Of a stretch of 64,000 nt of DNA, positions 25,966 to 35,172 are shown in pieces (position 1 is the first letter of the stretch; every line of letters starts with the position of its first letter). The DNA is taken from NCBI GenBank assembly GCA_026981645.1, contig JALSII010000006.1, positions 162,564 to 226,563 of the forward strand, in the 5' to 3' direction. Position numbers and translations under genes: made by a program. The notes beneath the pieces were generated by a model, which was not told where the DNA came from, did no database searches, and saw nothing but the letters and a program-made list of their open reading frames with translations. The stretch comes from Hyphomicrobiales bacterium. GTDB lineage: Bacteria; Pseudomonadota; Alphaproteobacteria; Rhizobiales; Devosiaceae.

Positions 25966-28842
25966 TCAGGTGAACTGGGCAGCAAGCTTTCTGTGCATAT
26001 CACTTCCTGAAAGGGCCGGATCCAGAATAAAACCCTGGGCAAGCTGACAGTCAAGCAGACGCAGGCGTTCCAGCTCTTCGCCAGTCTCAACCCCCTCGGC
26101 GATGACCTTAAGACCCAGTTCCGTTGCCAGCGACATGATAGCACGAATAATCGGCCCTTGCGTATGTGCCATGCCGGTGGTGTCACTCATCTGCACAAAT
26201 TGCGCGGGGATTTTGACCGTATCAAAGGGAAAGCGGTGCAGGTAGGAAAGCGAAGAATGTCCGGTGCCAAAGTCATCCAGCGCCAGCCCCAGACCCAGGT
26301 CCTTGAGGGCGGAAAGCACATGGGCTGAGTGCTCGGGATTGGTCATCACCTGACTTTCGGTCACTTCAAGCTTGATATGCCGGGCCAGCATGGTGTTCTC
26401 GGTCACCAGAGTACGCATATCATTGAGCAGGGTGTCGGTGGATAATTGCGTTGCCGAGAGATTTATTGAAACAAAAAAACCTTCATCCACAGGAAGCTGA
26501 TAAATCCAGTTCCCGGTCTGGTTGGCGGCCTGACGCAGGGCCAGCCTCCCCAGTTTTTCGATCTGGCCTGTACGTTCGGCCAGCGGAATAAATTCTGAAG
26601 GACTGATTGCACCTCTTGAGGGATGGTTCCAACGCATCAGGGCTTCGGCTCCGGCGATACGGCTGGTGTGGATATCATAAATTGGCTGGTAATGAACCTG
26701 CAACTCGCCTTCGTTCATGGCGCGCTCAAGGTCCTTTTCTGACGCTTCGGAATAGGCGGCAATCGAGCGGGCCGAGGCCCGGTAGGCTTCGATACGATCG
26801 CCCCCGAGTCGCTTGGCGTAATACATGGCAAGCTCGGCATCACGCATCACTTCGGTGGCATCTGCCGGGCCATTATCAAAAATTGTGATGCCGATAGAGG
26901 CGGTGAGCGCCAGATCCTGATCGCCAAAATTGAACGGCGCGCGCAAACTGCGGCGCATCTGTTCGGCGATTTCCGCAATCTGGCTGGCGTTGCCTTCGGA
27001 AATAAGGATCGCCCCGAACTGGCTTCCATTCAGGCGCGCCAGTGTATCCATAGGCCGGATGACCCGAGAAAGCCTGCGGGATACCGCAAGTAAAACGGAG
27101 TCCGCCGCTGATTTCCCCACACGCTCGTCAAGCTGGGAAAATTCATCCAGATCAATGATAAAAACTGCCGGTTTTGGAGCAGCGGAGGAACGCGCACGCG
27201 TTAAAGCCCGTTCAAGACGATCGAGCAGCAATTGCTTGTTGGGCAAACCTGTCAGGCTGTCATGCACGGCGTCGTGCATCAGACGTTCCCGGGAAGCGCG
27301 CTGGTCGGTGACGTCCTGAAGCGTGCCCACAATCCTGTTGACGCTTCCATCACTGCTCAGCACCGGTTTGACCCGCATGTTGAAGGTACGGTAGGTGCCA
27401 TCCTGACACCCCACCCTCACATCCATATTGGAGCGCCCCCGGCGCAATTCCACCAGAGTATCAAGGGCCGTGCGAAATTTATCCCGGTCTTCGGGATGCA
27501 CGCGGTCGAGCCATAGTTTTATAGCACCACGCAAGGCTCCGGGGCGTTCGCCAAGCCGGGAGTGCAGTTCGGGGGAAATATTAACCCGGTCGCGCTCAAT
27601 ATTCCAGTCAAAGACAAAATCACCGCTTCCGGTCAAAGCCAGTGCCCGGCGCTCGATTTCCGACAGAGAACCAAGAGAGACCTGTCCCTCGGCAAAAGCA
27701 TGCTGCACAGTGGTAAAACCGATGAGCATAACAATGAGCACCAGACCGCCGGCAACGGCTGGCTGCGCAATGTCGTTGGAAACACGCCCGGTAATCACCA
27801 TCCAGGAATAGAACAGCCAGGCAAAAAATATGATCCAGGTAGGCACCAGCATCACTGCGCGATCATAACCGCGCATGGCCAGCAGCAAGATGAGTATAAA
27901 GCCCAGAATGGCCAGAATGAAAAGAACCGTACGGGCGACAGTCGCTGCAATCGAGGGTTGAAGGAATGCGAAAGCGAACAGTGCCAGCATCACAGCGGAC
28001 AGCGCCAGCGCCAGATGCAGGAAGCGCAAATGCCACCGGTGCAGATTCAGGTATATGAACAAAAACCCGAACAGGGTCGTGGCGATGGCCGCCTCGGCGG
28101 CGGCCCGGTAGGGTTGAACTGAACCGTTGCCAACCCCGATCAGGCGGCCAAGCACGCCAAAGTCTACCAGCAGGTAGATGAGAACGGCCCAGGAGAACGC
28201 AGCGGTGGCCGGGAACACCCCCCGCCCCTTGACCACAAACATGATGGTAAGAAACACGGCAGCCAGGCCTGCAATCCCCAGAACGGTGCCCCGGAACAGG
28301 GTGAATGAGTTTACATAATCACGATAGGCCCCCGGTTCCCACATATAGAGTTCAGGCAGCCTGTCACCGGAAAGTTCGGCGGCAAAGGTCACGGTTGCGC
28401 CAGGATCAAGAACAACCTCAAAGACATCCGCTTCGGCATCTATCAGGCGCTGGGGACGCAGGCCTGAACTTGGCGTGAGTACAGCTATGCGCTCGGACCC
28501 CAGATCGGGGTTTATAAGGCCAGAACCGGGCATGCGAAAAAACGGAGCCACAAGCAAACGTTCTATCTGCTCGTCTGAAGGGTTACTCAAAGCAAATAGG
28601 GCCCAGTTGGGGTTCGTCCCCTCCTTGGCGGCAAGAACTTCAATACGACGGATAATTCCATCTTCACCCGGTGCTGTGGACAGGCGCACCCGGCCATCAT
28701 TTCCAGGCAAGATATCAACCGCAGCGCTCAGATTGACTGCATTCACATCAGGGGGGACGGAAATAACCTCAAACGCAACGGCGCTACGCATCCCAGCCGC
28801 TGCAAGGGCCATTGTTATCACAAAAAAAACAATAAGACGCAT
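25966..28842 (-). CDS. 7TMR-DISM receptor with PAS, degenerate GGDEF and EAL domains (predicted c-di-GMP phosphodiesterase)
   Basis: Domain order is signal peptide, a ~170-aa periplasmic domain, 7 TM helices, PAS (DFVFDWNIERDRVNISPEL), a GGDEF-like domain with NGSQF in place of GG(D/E)EF, then EAL (GAEALMRWNHP, SINLS, EVTES, DDFGTGHSSLSYL, AEGVET, QGF). ATG 28842 is preferred to TTG 28908. Confidence 0.9.
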   Translation of the reverse strand: MRLIVFFVITMALAAAGMRSAVAFEVISVPPDVNAVNLSAAVDILPGNDGRVRLSTAPGEDGIIRRIEVLAAKEGTNPNWALFALSNPSDEQIERLLVAPFFRMPGSGLINPDLGSERIAVLTPSSGLRPQRLIDAEADVFEVVLDPGATVTFAAELSGDRLPELYMWEPGAYRDYVNSFTLFRGTVLGIAGLAAVFLTIMFVVKGRGVFPATAAFSWAVLIYLLVDFGVLGRLIGVGNGSVQPYRAAAEAAIATTLFGFLFIYLNLHRWHLRFLHLALALSAVMLALFAFAFLQPSIAATVARTVLFILAILGFILILLLAMRGYDRAVMLVPTWIIFFAWLFYSWMVITGRVSNDIAQPAVAGGLVLIVMLIGFTTVQHAFAEGQVSLGSLSEIERRALALTGSGDFVFDWNIERDRVNISPELHSRLGERPGALRGAIKLWLDRVHPEDRDKFRTALDTLVELRRGRSNMDVRVGCQDGTYRTFNMRVKPVLSSDGSVNRIVGTLQDVTDQRASRERLMHDAVHDSLTGLPNKQLLLDRLERALTRARSSAAPKPAVFIIDLDEFSQLDERVGKSAADSVLLAVSRRLSRVIRPMDTLARLNGSQFGAILISEGNASQIAEIAEQMRRSLRAPFNFGDQDLALTASIGITIFDNGPADATEVMRDAELAMYYAKRLGGDRIEAYRASARSIAAYSEASEKDLERAMNEGELQVHYQPIYDIHTSRIAGAEALMRWNHPSRGAISPSEFIPLAERTGQIEKLGRLALRQAANQTGNWIYQLPVDEGFFVSINLSATQLSTDTLLNDMRTLVTENTMLARHIKLEVTESQVMTNPEHSAHVLSALKDLGLGLALDDFGTGHSSLSYLHRFPFDTVKIPAQFVQMSDTTGMAHTQGPIIRAIMSLATELGLKVIAEGVETGEELERLRLLDCQLAQGFILDPALSGSDMHRKLAAQFT

Positions 28843-28925
28843 TGCTTGCAGGCTGTTCTTTGTTGGTTGGGCCCTAGGGAGTACTCTTGGTAGCGGGGAT
28901 TTCCTCAACTCACAAGCTCATAGGG

Positions 28926-29525
28926 TCAGGTTGTTTCTTTTTTGGCTTTATATCGCTGAGTTGTTAAACCATACAGAACATGATCGCGCCACTCCCCCGC
29001 TATCTGCAAATAATGTTCGGCAAAGCCCTCTTCAACAAAACCGTTTTTCTCCAACACCCGGCGCGAAGCCAAATTCCCGGGCAAGCAGGCGGCATGCAGG
29101 CGTTTTAGCTCCAGGGTTTCAAAGACGAATGGCAGGCACAACCCCACCGCCCGGCCCATGTGGCCACTGCCTGCGTCATTTACTCCCATCCAATAACCAA
29201 GATTGGCGTGGCGGGCCGCCCGATAGCGGATGTTGGACAGGGTAAGACCTCCAATGAGACGTTCGCTTCTGGATTCTGTCTTGAACAGAAGAAACGAAAA
29301 TTCCGTTGCGGCTTTGGCGTCCCGAATTGCACGCCGCACCCGGGCATCAAAGTTGGCGCGGGTCAGATCGAGCTTTGACCATTTTGGCTCAAATGGTTCA
29401 AGAAATTCTGCACTTCTGGAGCGCAGGTTCTGCCATGCCTCAAAATCCGTTTTTTGAGGAAGGCGCAAACATAGCCCCTCACCATTCAATACCGGCCCGG
29501 CTTTTTTTGTCCACAAGGCAAGCAT
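28926..29525 (-). CDS. GNAT-family N-acetyltransferase (RimJ/RimL-like)
   Basis: 199 aa with an acetyl-CoA-binding core (LGYWMGVNDAGSGHMGRAV) and C-terminal SRRVLEKNGFVEEG. Confidence 0.8.
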   Translation of the reverse strand: MLALWTKKAGPVLNGEGLCLRLPQKTDFEAWQNLRSRSAEFLEPFEPKWSKLDLTRANFDARVRRAIRDAKAATEFSFLLFKTESRSERLIGGLTLSNIRYRAARHANLGYWMGVNDAGSGHMGRAVGLCLPFVFETLELKRLHAACLPGNLASRRVLEKNGFVEEGFAEHYLQIAGEWRDHVLYGLTTQRYKAKKETT

Positions 29526-29537
29526 CTGGCATCATAC

Positions 29538-30800
29538 TCAATCTGAAAAATGCTTTACAATATCGCCATAGCTCAAAAGGTTAGCAACCGGACCATTGCC
29601 GGCCACCGCCGGATTATCCCCGGCAAAAATCTGCCCGGCGATTTCTTTTACTCTTGCCGCATCAATGCGGTTTATGCGCTCTATGGTTTCCGCCATTTCG
29701 ATGGGGCGGCCCCACAAAATCTGCTGGCGCGCCAGCTGTCCGGCGCGGCCTGAGGGGCTTTCCAGGGACATGAGAAGCCCGGCGCGTATCTGATTGCGCA
29801 CCCGCAACACTTCTTCATCGGAGATTGTATCAACGGCGGCACGCAGTTCACCAAGAATGACAGGCATCAGCTCACTGACCTCTTTTTCGCCGGTGGATGC
29901 TGAAACACCGAACACTCCACAATCGGCAAAAGCCCAGTGGAATGCATAAACAGAGTAGCACAACCCACGTTTTTCGCGCACTTCCTGAAACAGACGCGAA
30001 CTCATGCCTCCGCCAAGAACTGATGCAAGAATCTGGGCAGCATAAAATCCGTCCGAATTATAGGCCCGCCCCTCCAGACCCAGAATGATGTGGGCCTGTT
30101 CGTGTTTTGAGGTGTTGCGTTTATCCCCGCCCACATATTGCGCCTTGGTGGGTTCAAGGTCACCTTCCGCCTTGAGGCCACTGAACCGATCAGCAGCAAT
30201 GTCTACCAATTGGTCGTGGTCAACATTTCCTGCAGCAGACAAGACCATACGCGAGCCCACATAATTTCGCTCCATATAGGCCCGTATCTGGTCCGCGCCA
30301 AAACTGTTGACGGATTCCACTGTCCCCAGAATGGTGCGCCCGATCGCCTGGTCCGGAAATACCGCCTTCTGAAATAAATCAAACACCTGGTCGTTGGGGT
30401 CATCAAGGGAAGCTCCAATTTCCTGTTCGATGACGTGCCGTTCGCGGGCCAGTTCCTTGGGGTTAAAGACCGAATTACGCAAGATATCGGAGAGAATTTC
30501 TGCAGCGAGCGGAACATCGCCCTTGAGAACACGAGCAAAATATCCTGTGTGCTCTATGGAAGTTGCCGCATTGAGCTCACCACCCACACGCTCGATCTGC
30601 TCAACGATTTCGCGCGAAGAGCGGGTCGTGGTGCCCTTGAAGGCCATATGCTCCAGAAAATGCGAAATCCCGTGTTCTTCAGGGCGTTCCCACCGCGAGC
30701 CCGCCTTTACCCAAACGCCAAGCGAAGCGCTTTCCAAGTGTGGCATATTATGGGTCAGGACCGTCATACCGTTATCAAGTTTGGTGCTTTGAACGCTCAA
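29538..30800 (-). CDS. M16-family (pitrilysin-type) zinc peptidase
   Basis: Inverted zincin motif GISHFLEHMAFKGT. The track start overlaps thrC by 92 nt. TTG 30800, 6 nt after GAGGAG, gives (M)SVQSTKLDNGMTVLTH, the usual N-terminus. Confidence 0.88.
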   Translation of the reverse strand: MSVQSTKLDNGMTVLTHNMPHLESASLGVWVKAGSRWERPEEHGISHFLEHMAFKGTTTRSSREIVEQIERVGGELNAATSIEHTGYFARVLKGDVPLAAEILSDILRNSVFNPKELARERHVIEQEIGASLDDPNDQVFDLFQKAVFPDQAIGRTILGTVESVNSFGADQIRAYMERNYVGSRMVLSAAGNVDHDQLVDIAADRFSGLKAEGDLEPTKAQYVGGDKRNTSKHEQAHIILGLEGRAYNSDGFYAAQILASVLGGGMSSRLFQEVREKRGLCYSVYAFHWAFADCGVFGVSASTGEKEVSELMPVILGELRAAVDTISDEEVLRVRNQIRAGLLMSLESPSGRAGQLARQQILWGRPIEMAETIERINRIDAARVKEIAGQIFAGDNPAVAGNGPVANLLSYGDIVKHFSD

Positions 30801-30810
30801 CTTTTTCTCC

Positions 30811-32202
30811 TCAGGCCCGAATGCGGGCGCGTATATATTCCTGCAATGTGCGAGTATCATTTGCCAGCACATCACAGCGTTCTGTTCTTTCGTGAAGATC
30901 ACTCAACCAACCGGGAAGTTCGGGGTCGATGCCGCTGGCGGAGCGCACAGCATCGGGGAACTTGGCCGGGTGGGCAGTGGCGAGCGTTATCATGGGCGCA
31001 GATATTCTCTTCTGCTGGCGGGCCACGTGCAATCCTACTGCTGTATGCGGGTCTGCCAGATATTCTGAATGCTCAAGGACACTGGCGATAGCCTGAGCCG
31101 TTTCAGTTTCGTTTGCCGAGCCCACTGAAAAGAAACGGGTGAGGTTTTTCATGATGCCTCGCGCAATTTCAAATCCACCGGATTGTTTGAGGGAGTCCAT
31201 CATGGCCTGAATAGTTTGAGCATCCCTTTGTGCAGACTCAAACAGCAGGCGTTCAAAATTTGACGAAATCTGAATGTCCATAGAGGGGCTGGCAGTAGGC
31301 ACCACGTCTGAAGTCCGATAGGCACCGGTCTGGAAGGTGCGGCGTAAAATGTCGTTGGAGTTTGTTGCAATCACCAGCTTTTCGATGGGCAGGCCCATTT
31401 GCCGGGCGGCATAGCCTGCAAAAATGTCACCGAAATTTCCAGTGGGCACTGTGAAGCTGACTTTTCGATGTGGCGCGCCAAGAGCCGTCGCAGCGGTGAA
31501 ATAATAGACTATCTGGGCGACAATCCGCCCCCAGTTGATGGAATTTACTCCCGAAAGGTGCACACCATCACGAAAGTCCTTATCCAGAAACAGGGATTTG
31601 ACCAGATTCTGGCAGTCGTCAAACGCTCCCTCAAGAGCAATATTATGCACGTTTTCATCAAGCACAGTGGTCATCTGGCGCCGCTGCACCGGAGACACTC
31701 GACCCTTTGGATGCAGAATAAAAATGTCGGTGTTTTCTCTGCCCCGAAACGCTTCTATGGCTGCCGAACCGGTATCCCCCGAGGTGGCTCCGATGATAGT
31801 TGCGCGCTGGCCGCGTTTGGCCAGAATATGATCCATCATGCGGGCGAGCACCTGCATGGCCACGTCCTTGAAGGCAAGTGTTGGGCCGTGGAACAATTCC
31901 AGCACAAACAATCCCGGCTCCAGTTCCGCAAGAGGAGCAACGCTGGGGTGGCGGAAACCAGAATAGGCCTCCCGGATTATTGAATTGAGGTCCGTGTCAG
32001 CAATTTCTCCATCCACAAAGCGGCTTATTATTTCAAAAGCAACATCGCGGTAGGGACGGTTGGCCAGTGCAGCAATCTCGTCATTACTCAGCTGCGGCCA
32101 CTCAGCGGGCAGGTATAGGCCGCCATCGCTGGCCAGCCCTGCAAGAACAGCATCGCAAAATCCCAGATTTGGCGCCTGGCCGCGCGTGGAAACATATTGC
32201 AT
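30811..32202 (-). CDS. thrC: threonine synthase
   Basis: 463 aa starting MQYVSTRGQAP, with the PLP-lysine region FHGPTLAFKDVAMQ and GATSGDTGSAA. Confidence 0.95.
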   Translation of the reverse strand: MQYVSTRGQAPNLGFCDAVLAGLASDGGLYLPAEWPQLSNDEIAALANRPYRDVAFEIISRFVDGEIADTDLNSIIREAYSGFRHPSVAPLAELEPGLFVLELFHGPTLAFKDVAMQVLARMMDHILAKRGQRATIIGATSGDTGSAAIEAFRGRENTDIFILHPKGRVSPVQRRQMTTVLDENVHNIALEGAFDDCQNLVKSLFLDKDFRDGVHLSGVNSINWGRIVAQIVYYFTAATALGAPHRKVSFTVPTGNFGDIFAGYAARQMGLPIEKLVIATNSNDILRRTFQTGAYRTSDVVPTASPSMDIQISSNFERLLFESAQRDAQTIQAMMDSLKQSGGFEIARGIMKNLTRFFSVGSANETETAQAIASVLEHSEYLADPHTAVGLHVARQQKRISAPMITLATAHPAKFPDAVRSASGIDPELPGWLSDLHERTERCDVLANDTRTLQEYIRARIRA

Positions 32203-32297
32203 GGGGGTGAATAACTCTGCTTGATTTTATCAGGATTGGGGCAGGCGGCGCACACTAGTGGCAGGAAAGGCAGGAGTCAAAACACTCTTGGGGGAAA

Positions 32298-33101
32298 TCA
32301 CTTGGAAGTCTGCTGTTTGCGGCCCCGCCAGAACCAGAATAACAACATGATGGGCGTGAGAACTGCCAGAGAAAACCAGGTGAGTGCATACTCAAGGTGC
32401 CGGTTGGCAAAAACCAGGCGCGTTTCCCCCCCTTGCGGCAATGCACCCCACTCACCAGCTTCGGCATTAATATAAATAGGGGCGACAGGCCCGATATCCT
32501 CATCAACAAAGCGCATCAGCCGGTCGATATTGCGCACCCACTCCACCCGGTTTGCAAATTCCGGACCCGGGGTAAAAGTGTTGGCGAGTTCCGAGGTTCG
32601 TGCAAGTCCGACAATGGTAACCTCACCCAGTGGACCTGCTCCGCCACTCTTGAATTCCTGCGCCTGAGCCTGGGGCACAAAACCGCGATTGACAAAAACC
32701 GCCCCTCCCTCGGAAAGCTGCAATGGTGCGAGCACCCAGTATCCAGACCCTGAATAAGGGCCCCGTGGTTCGGCGAGAAATGTAAATACCAGCACGGTGT
32801 TATCATGGTCGAAGGTGCCGGTGACCTGAACTGGCCGGAAGTCATAAGTCTGAGGATCAAAAGCCACCCACTCCTCCACCGGAGGCAGGGAGATGGGCGC
32901 TTCACCAACCCGCTGCTCCACAGCTGAAATTCGCGCATTTTTTAGTGCCAGTCGATCGACCTGCCAATATCCCAGGAAAACGAACAACGCCGTCAGTGCC
33001 AGCATGAAGACAACAAACCCGATATTTGACCGGATTGTTTTCTTACTGTCCGTTGTAGGGACATTCCCGGATTGATCCAAATTGCTCACAAGTTCACTCA
33101 C
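32298..33101 (-). CDS. SURF1-family cytochrome oxidase assembly protein
   Basis: N-terminal TM, then LGYWQVDRLALKNARI, and a C-terminal TM (YALTWFSLAVLTPIMLLFWFW). The start is uncertain: GTG 33101 (an 8-nt overlap with the DUF983 stop) is given here, and ATG 33122/33140 or GTG 33089 are also possible. Confidence 0.8.
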   Translation of the reverse strand: MSELVSNLDQSGNVPTTDSKKTIRSNIGFVVFMLALTALFVFLGYWQVDRLALKNARISAVEQRVGEAPISLPPVEEWVAFDPQTYDFRPVQVTGTFDHDNTVLVFTFLAEPRGPYSGSGYWVLAPLQLSEGGAVFVNRGFVPQAQAQEFKSGGAGPLGEVTIVGLARTSELANTFTPGPEFANRVEWVRNIDRLMRFVDEDIGPVAPIYINAEAGEWGALPQGGETRLVFANRHLEYALTWFSLAVLTPIMLLFWFWRGRKQQTSK

Positions 33102-33468
33102 TCCGGCCCTCCCGGGCATCATGCCGATATTGTAGCGCAATCATTGCACCCTTGAACGGGCGCAGCAATCCAACGGCCAGTACCACAGTCAGAGGGATCC
33201 ACAGCGCCATGTGTACCAGCATGGAGGGGGAAAAAACAACATCCACCACAAGCGCAAAGCCCACCACAATGAAACCAACTATAAAGATGATGAAAATTGC
33301 GGGTCCATCGCCGCTATCGGCAAAGCCAAGGTCAAGCCCACAAGTTTCACAGGTAGAGGCGGGAGTCAAAAAACCCTTGAATAATGGGCCTTGGGCGCAC
33401 CGCGGACAACGACCGGCAAGGCCTGTGACGATGGTTGAGGTTTTTTTTGGTTTCTCATGTTTGTTCAT
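33094..33468 (-). CDS. DUF983-domain membrane protein
   Basis: 124 aa with zinc-ribbon-like CPRCAQGPLF...CETCGLD followed by two TM helices. Confidence 0.8.
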   Translation of the reverse strand: MNKHEKPKKTSTIVTGLAGRCPRCAQGPLFKGFLTPASTCETCGLDLGFADSGDGPAIFIIFIVGFIVVGFALVVDVVFSPSMLVHMALWIPLTVVLAVGLLRPFKGAMIALQYRHDAREGRSE

Positions 33469-33525
33469 TTAAAGCGGTGCGCTTTCATTGCCAGCTCCGT
33501 GGAATAATAAAAGAACCTGCGGGAT

Positions 33526-33557
33526 GACAAAAACAGGGGGGCGCCATTTGGCGCCCC
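33526..33557 (-). terminator. rho-independent terminator after ctaE
   Basis: The minus strand reads GGGGCGCC-AAAT-GGCGCCCC followed by CCTGTTTTTGT. Confidence 0.65.
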
Positions 33558-33580
33558 GCTTGTTCAACAGCTCTAATCGT

Positions 33581-34414
33581 CTAGTGAAAGACAGTTACAT
33601 TCCAGCTGCCCCAGACGTAGATGGAAGCAAAAAGGAACAACCAGACAACGTCAACAAAGTGCCAGTACCAGGCGGCAAATTCAAATCCAAGGTGTTGCTT
33701 GGGCGTAAACTGGCCTTGAAGCATGCGCACCAGACACACGATCAGGAAGATGGTTCCCACCAGAACATGGAACCCGTGAAATCCGGTAGCCATGTAAAAG
33801 GTTGAACCGTAAATGTTTCCAGAAAAGGAGAACCCGGCACCTGCATATTCAATGACCTGAACAACCGTAAACAGAGCCCCCAGAAGAATTGTCAGGATCA
33901 GACCCCATTTCAGGCCGTCGCGGTTGCCTTCAAGCAATGCGTGGTGAGCCCAGGTTACTGTTGTGCCCGAAGTCAGCAGAATGAGAGTATTGAACAGCGG
34001 CAGATGCCAGGGATTAAACACCTCAATTCCCTGAGGCGGCCAGACACCGCCGGTGGCGGCAACACGGGCGAACTGCTCCAGATCGTCAACACGGAAGAAA
34101 CCGTCGAAATAGGCCCAGAACCAGGCAACAAAAAACATGATTTCCGAGATAATAAACAGGATCATCCCATAGCGATGGCTGATCTGCACAATCTCGGTAT
34201 GGTCGTTGCCATTTGCTTCTTTGATGACATCCGCCCACCAGGTGAACATGGTATACAAAACGCCGGCAAGGCCGATGAAAAACAACCAAGGTGTCACGTT
34301 CTGCATCCAGGCGATTGCGCCCAGAGCCATGACGAAGGCGGAAAGCGAGCCAACAAAAGGCCAGGGGCTTGGGTCTACGAGGTGATAATCATGATTTTTG
34401 GCATGGGTTGCCAT
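33581..34414 (-). CDS. ctaE: cytochrome c oxidase subunit III
   Basis: 277 aa, 7 TM, with HDYHLVDPSPWP at the N-terminus and ATGFHGFHVLVGT. Confidence 0.95.
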   Translation of the reverse strand: MATHAKNHDYHLVDPSPWPFVGSLSAFVMALGAIAWMQNVTPWLFFIGLAGVLYTMFTWWADVIKEANGNDHTEIVQISHRYGMILFIISEIMFFVAWFWAYFDGFFRVDDLEQFARVAATGGVWPPQGIEVFNPWHLPLFNTLILLTSGTTVTWAHHALLEGNRDGLKWGLILTILLGALFTVVQVIEYAGAGFSFSGNIYGSTFYMATGFHGFHVLVGTIFLIVCLVRMLQGQFTPKQHLGFEFAAWYWHFVDVVWLFLFASIYVWGSWNVTVFH

Positions 34415-34416
34415 GG

Positions 34417-34980
34417 TCAGCTACTCCCGGTCTGTGATGCATAAAATGTATAGGACAAAGTGATTTCCTGAACGGTATCGAGCTCGGGAACGTCGTCAAG
34501 ATCCGGATCAAGAAAATATACGATTGGCATTTCCACGGTTTCACCGGGCTGCAGTGTTTGTTCGGTGAAACAGAAGCACTCAATCTTGTTGAAATAGGCC
34601 CCGGCAATTGCTGGAGCCACGTTGAACGAAGCGGTAGAGGTCACCGGCACATCGGAATTGTTTGTTGCCAAGTAGACAACTGTTCTAACCGTCCCGATTT
34701 CATTTGTCTCAGACCTGGCGGGGACAATGGTGAAATTAAGGTCGGGGGAAACATTTTCATCAAAGCGCACAGTCATCGTGCGTTCAATGATGCCATTGAC
34801 GTTTCCTGCCGCCACCTGGGTGGTGCCACCATAGCCGGTAATCTGGCAAAAAAGCTGATAAAGAGGCACAGCGGCGTAGGCCGCGCCAACCATGCCCAGC
34901 GCTATCCCGCCACATATCATTGCAACCCGCAGGTTACCCGATGGCCAGTTCGCTTTCTTTGGAAGAGTATCTGTCAGCAT
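34417..34980 (-). CDS. ctaG: cytochrome c oxidase copper-assembly protein CtaG/Cox11
   Basis: 187 aa with an N-terminal TM, VPLYQLFCQITGYGGT and the copper-binding motif ECFCFTEQ. Confidence 0.93.
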   Translation of the reverse strand: MLTDTLPKKANWPSGNLRVAMICGGIALGMVGAAYAAVPLYQLFCQITGYGGTTQVAAGNVNGIIERTMTVRFDENVSPDLNFTIVPARSETNEIGTVRTVVYLATNNSDVPVTSTASFNVAPAIAGAYFNKIECFCFTEQTLQPGETVEMPIVYFLDPDLDDVPELDTVQEITLSYTFYASQTGSS

Positions 34981-34987
34981 TTTTTCC

Positions 34988-35170
34988 TCACAATGGCCGA
35001 GAGAAAAGCGCGGGACCCATCTTTACGATGGTGAGCAGATAAAACATCACCACGAGCACAGCGAGCGTAATTGCAATTGCAATGGAACGTTTGCGCTGAC
35101 GGGCCAGAAAGGTTTCAGAGTGTACGGCATCCTGGTCCTTGGTGACGGATTGTGGATTTTGCTGTGTCAT
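34988..35170 (-). CDS. 60-aa single-TM protein in the cox cluster (position of 'coxF' in Bradyrhizobium coxBAEFGC, from memory)
   Basis: MTQQNPQSVTKDQDAVHSETFLARQRKRSIAIAITLAVLVVMFYLLTIVKMGPALFSRPL has a basic anchor plus one hydrophobic helix. It sits 2-7 nt from its neighbours. Confidence 0.6.
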   Translation of the reverse strand: MTQQNPQSVTKDQDAVHSETFLARQRKRSIAIAITLAVLVVMFYLLTIVKMGPALFSRPL

Positions 35171-35172
35171 TG

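Noticed and set aside
28475-29245. 256-aa plus-strand ORF spanning the 5' end of the PDE gene and the GNAT gene
   Set aside because: It is antisense to two well-supported genes. The translation is Arg/Ser/Pro-rich and low-complexity.
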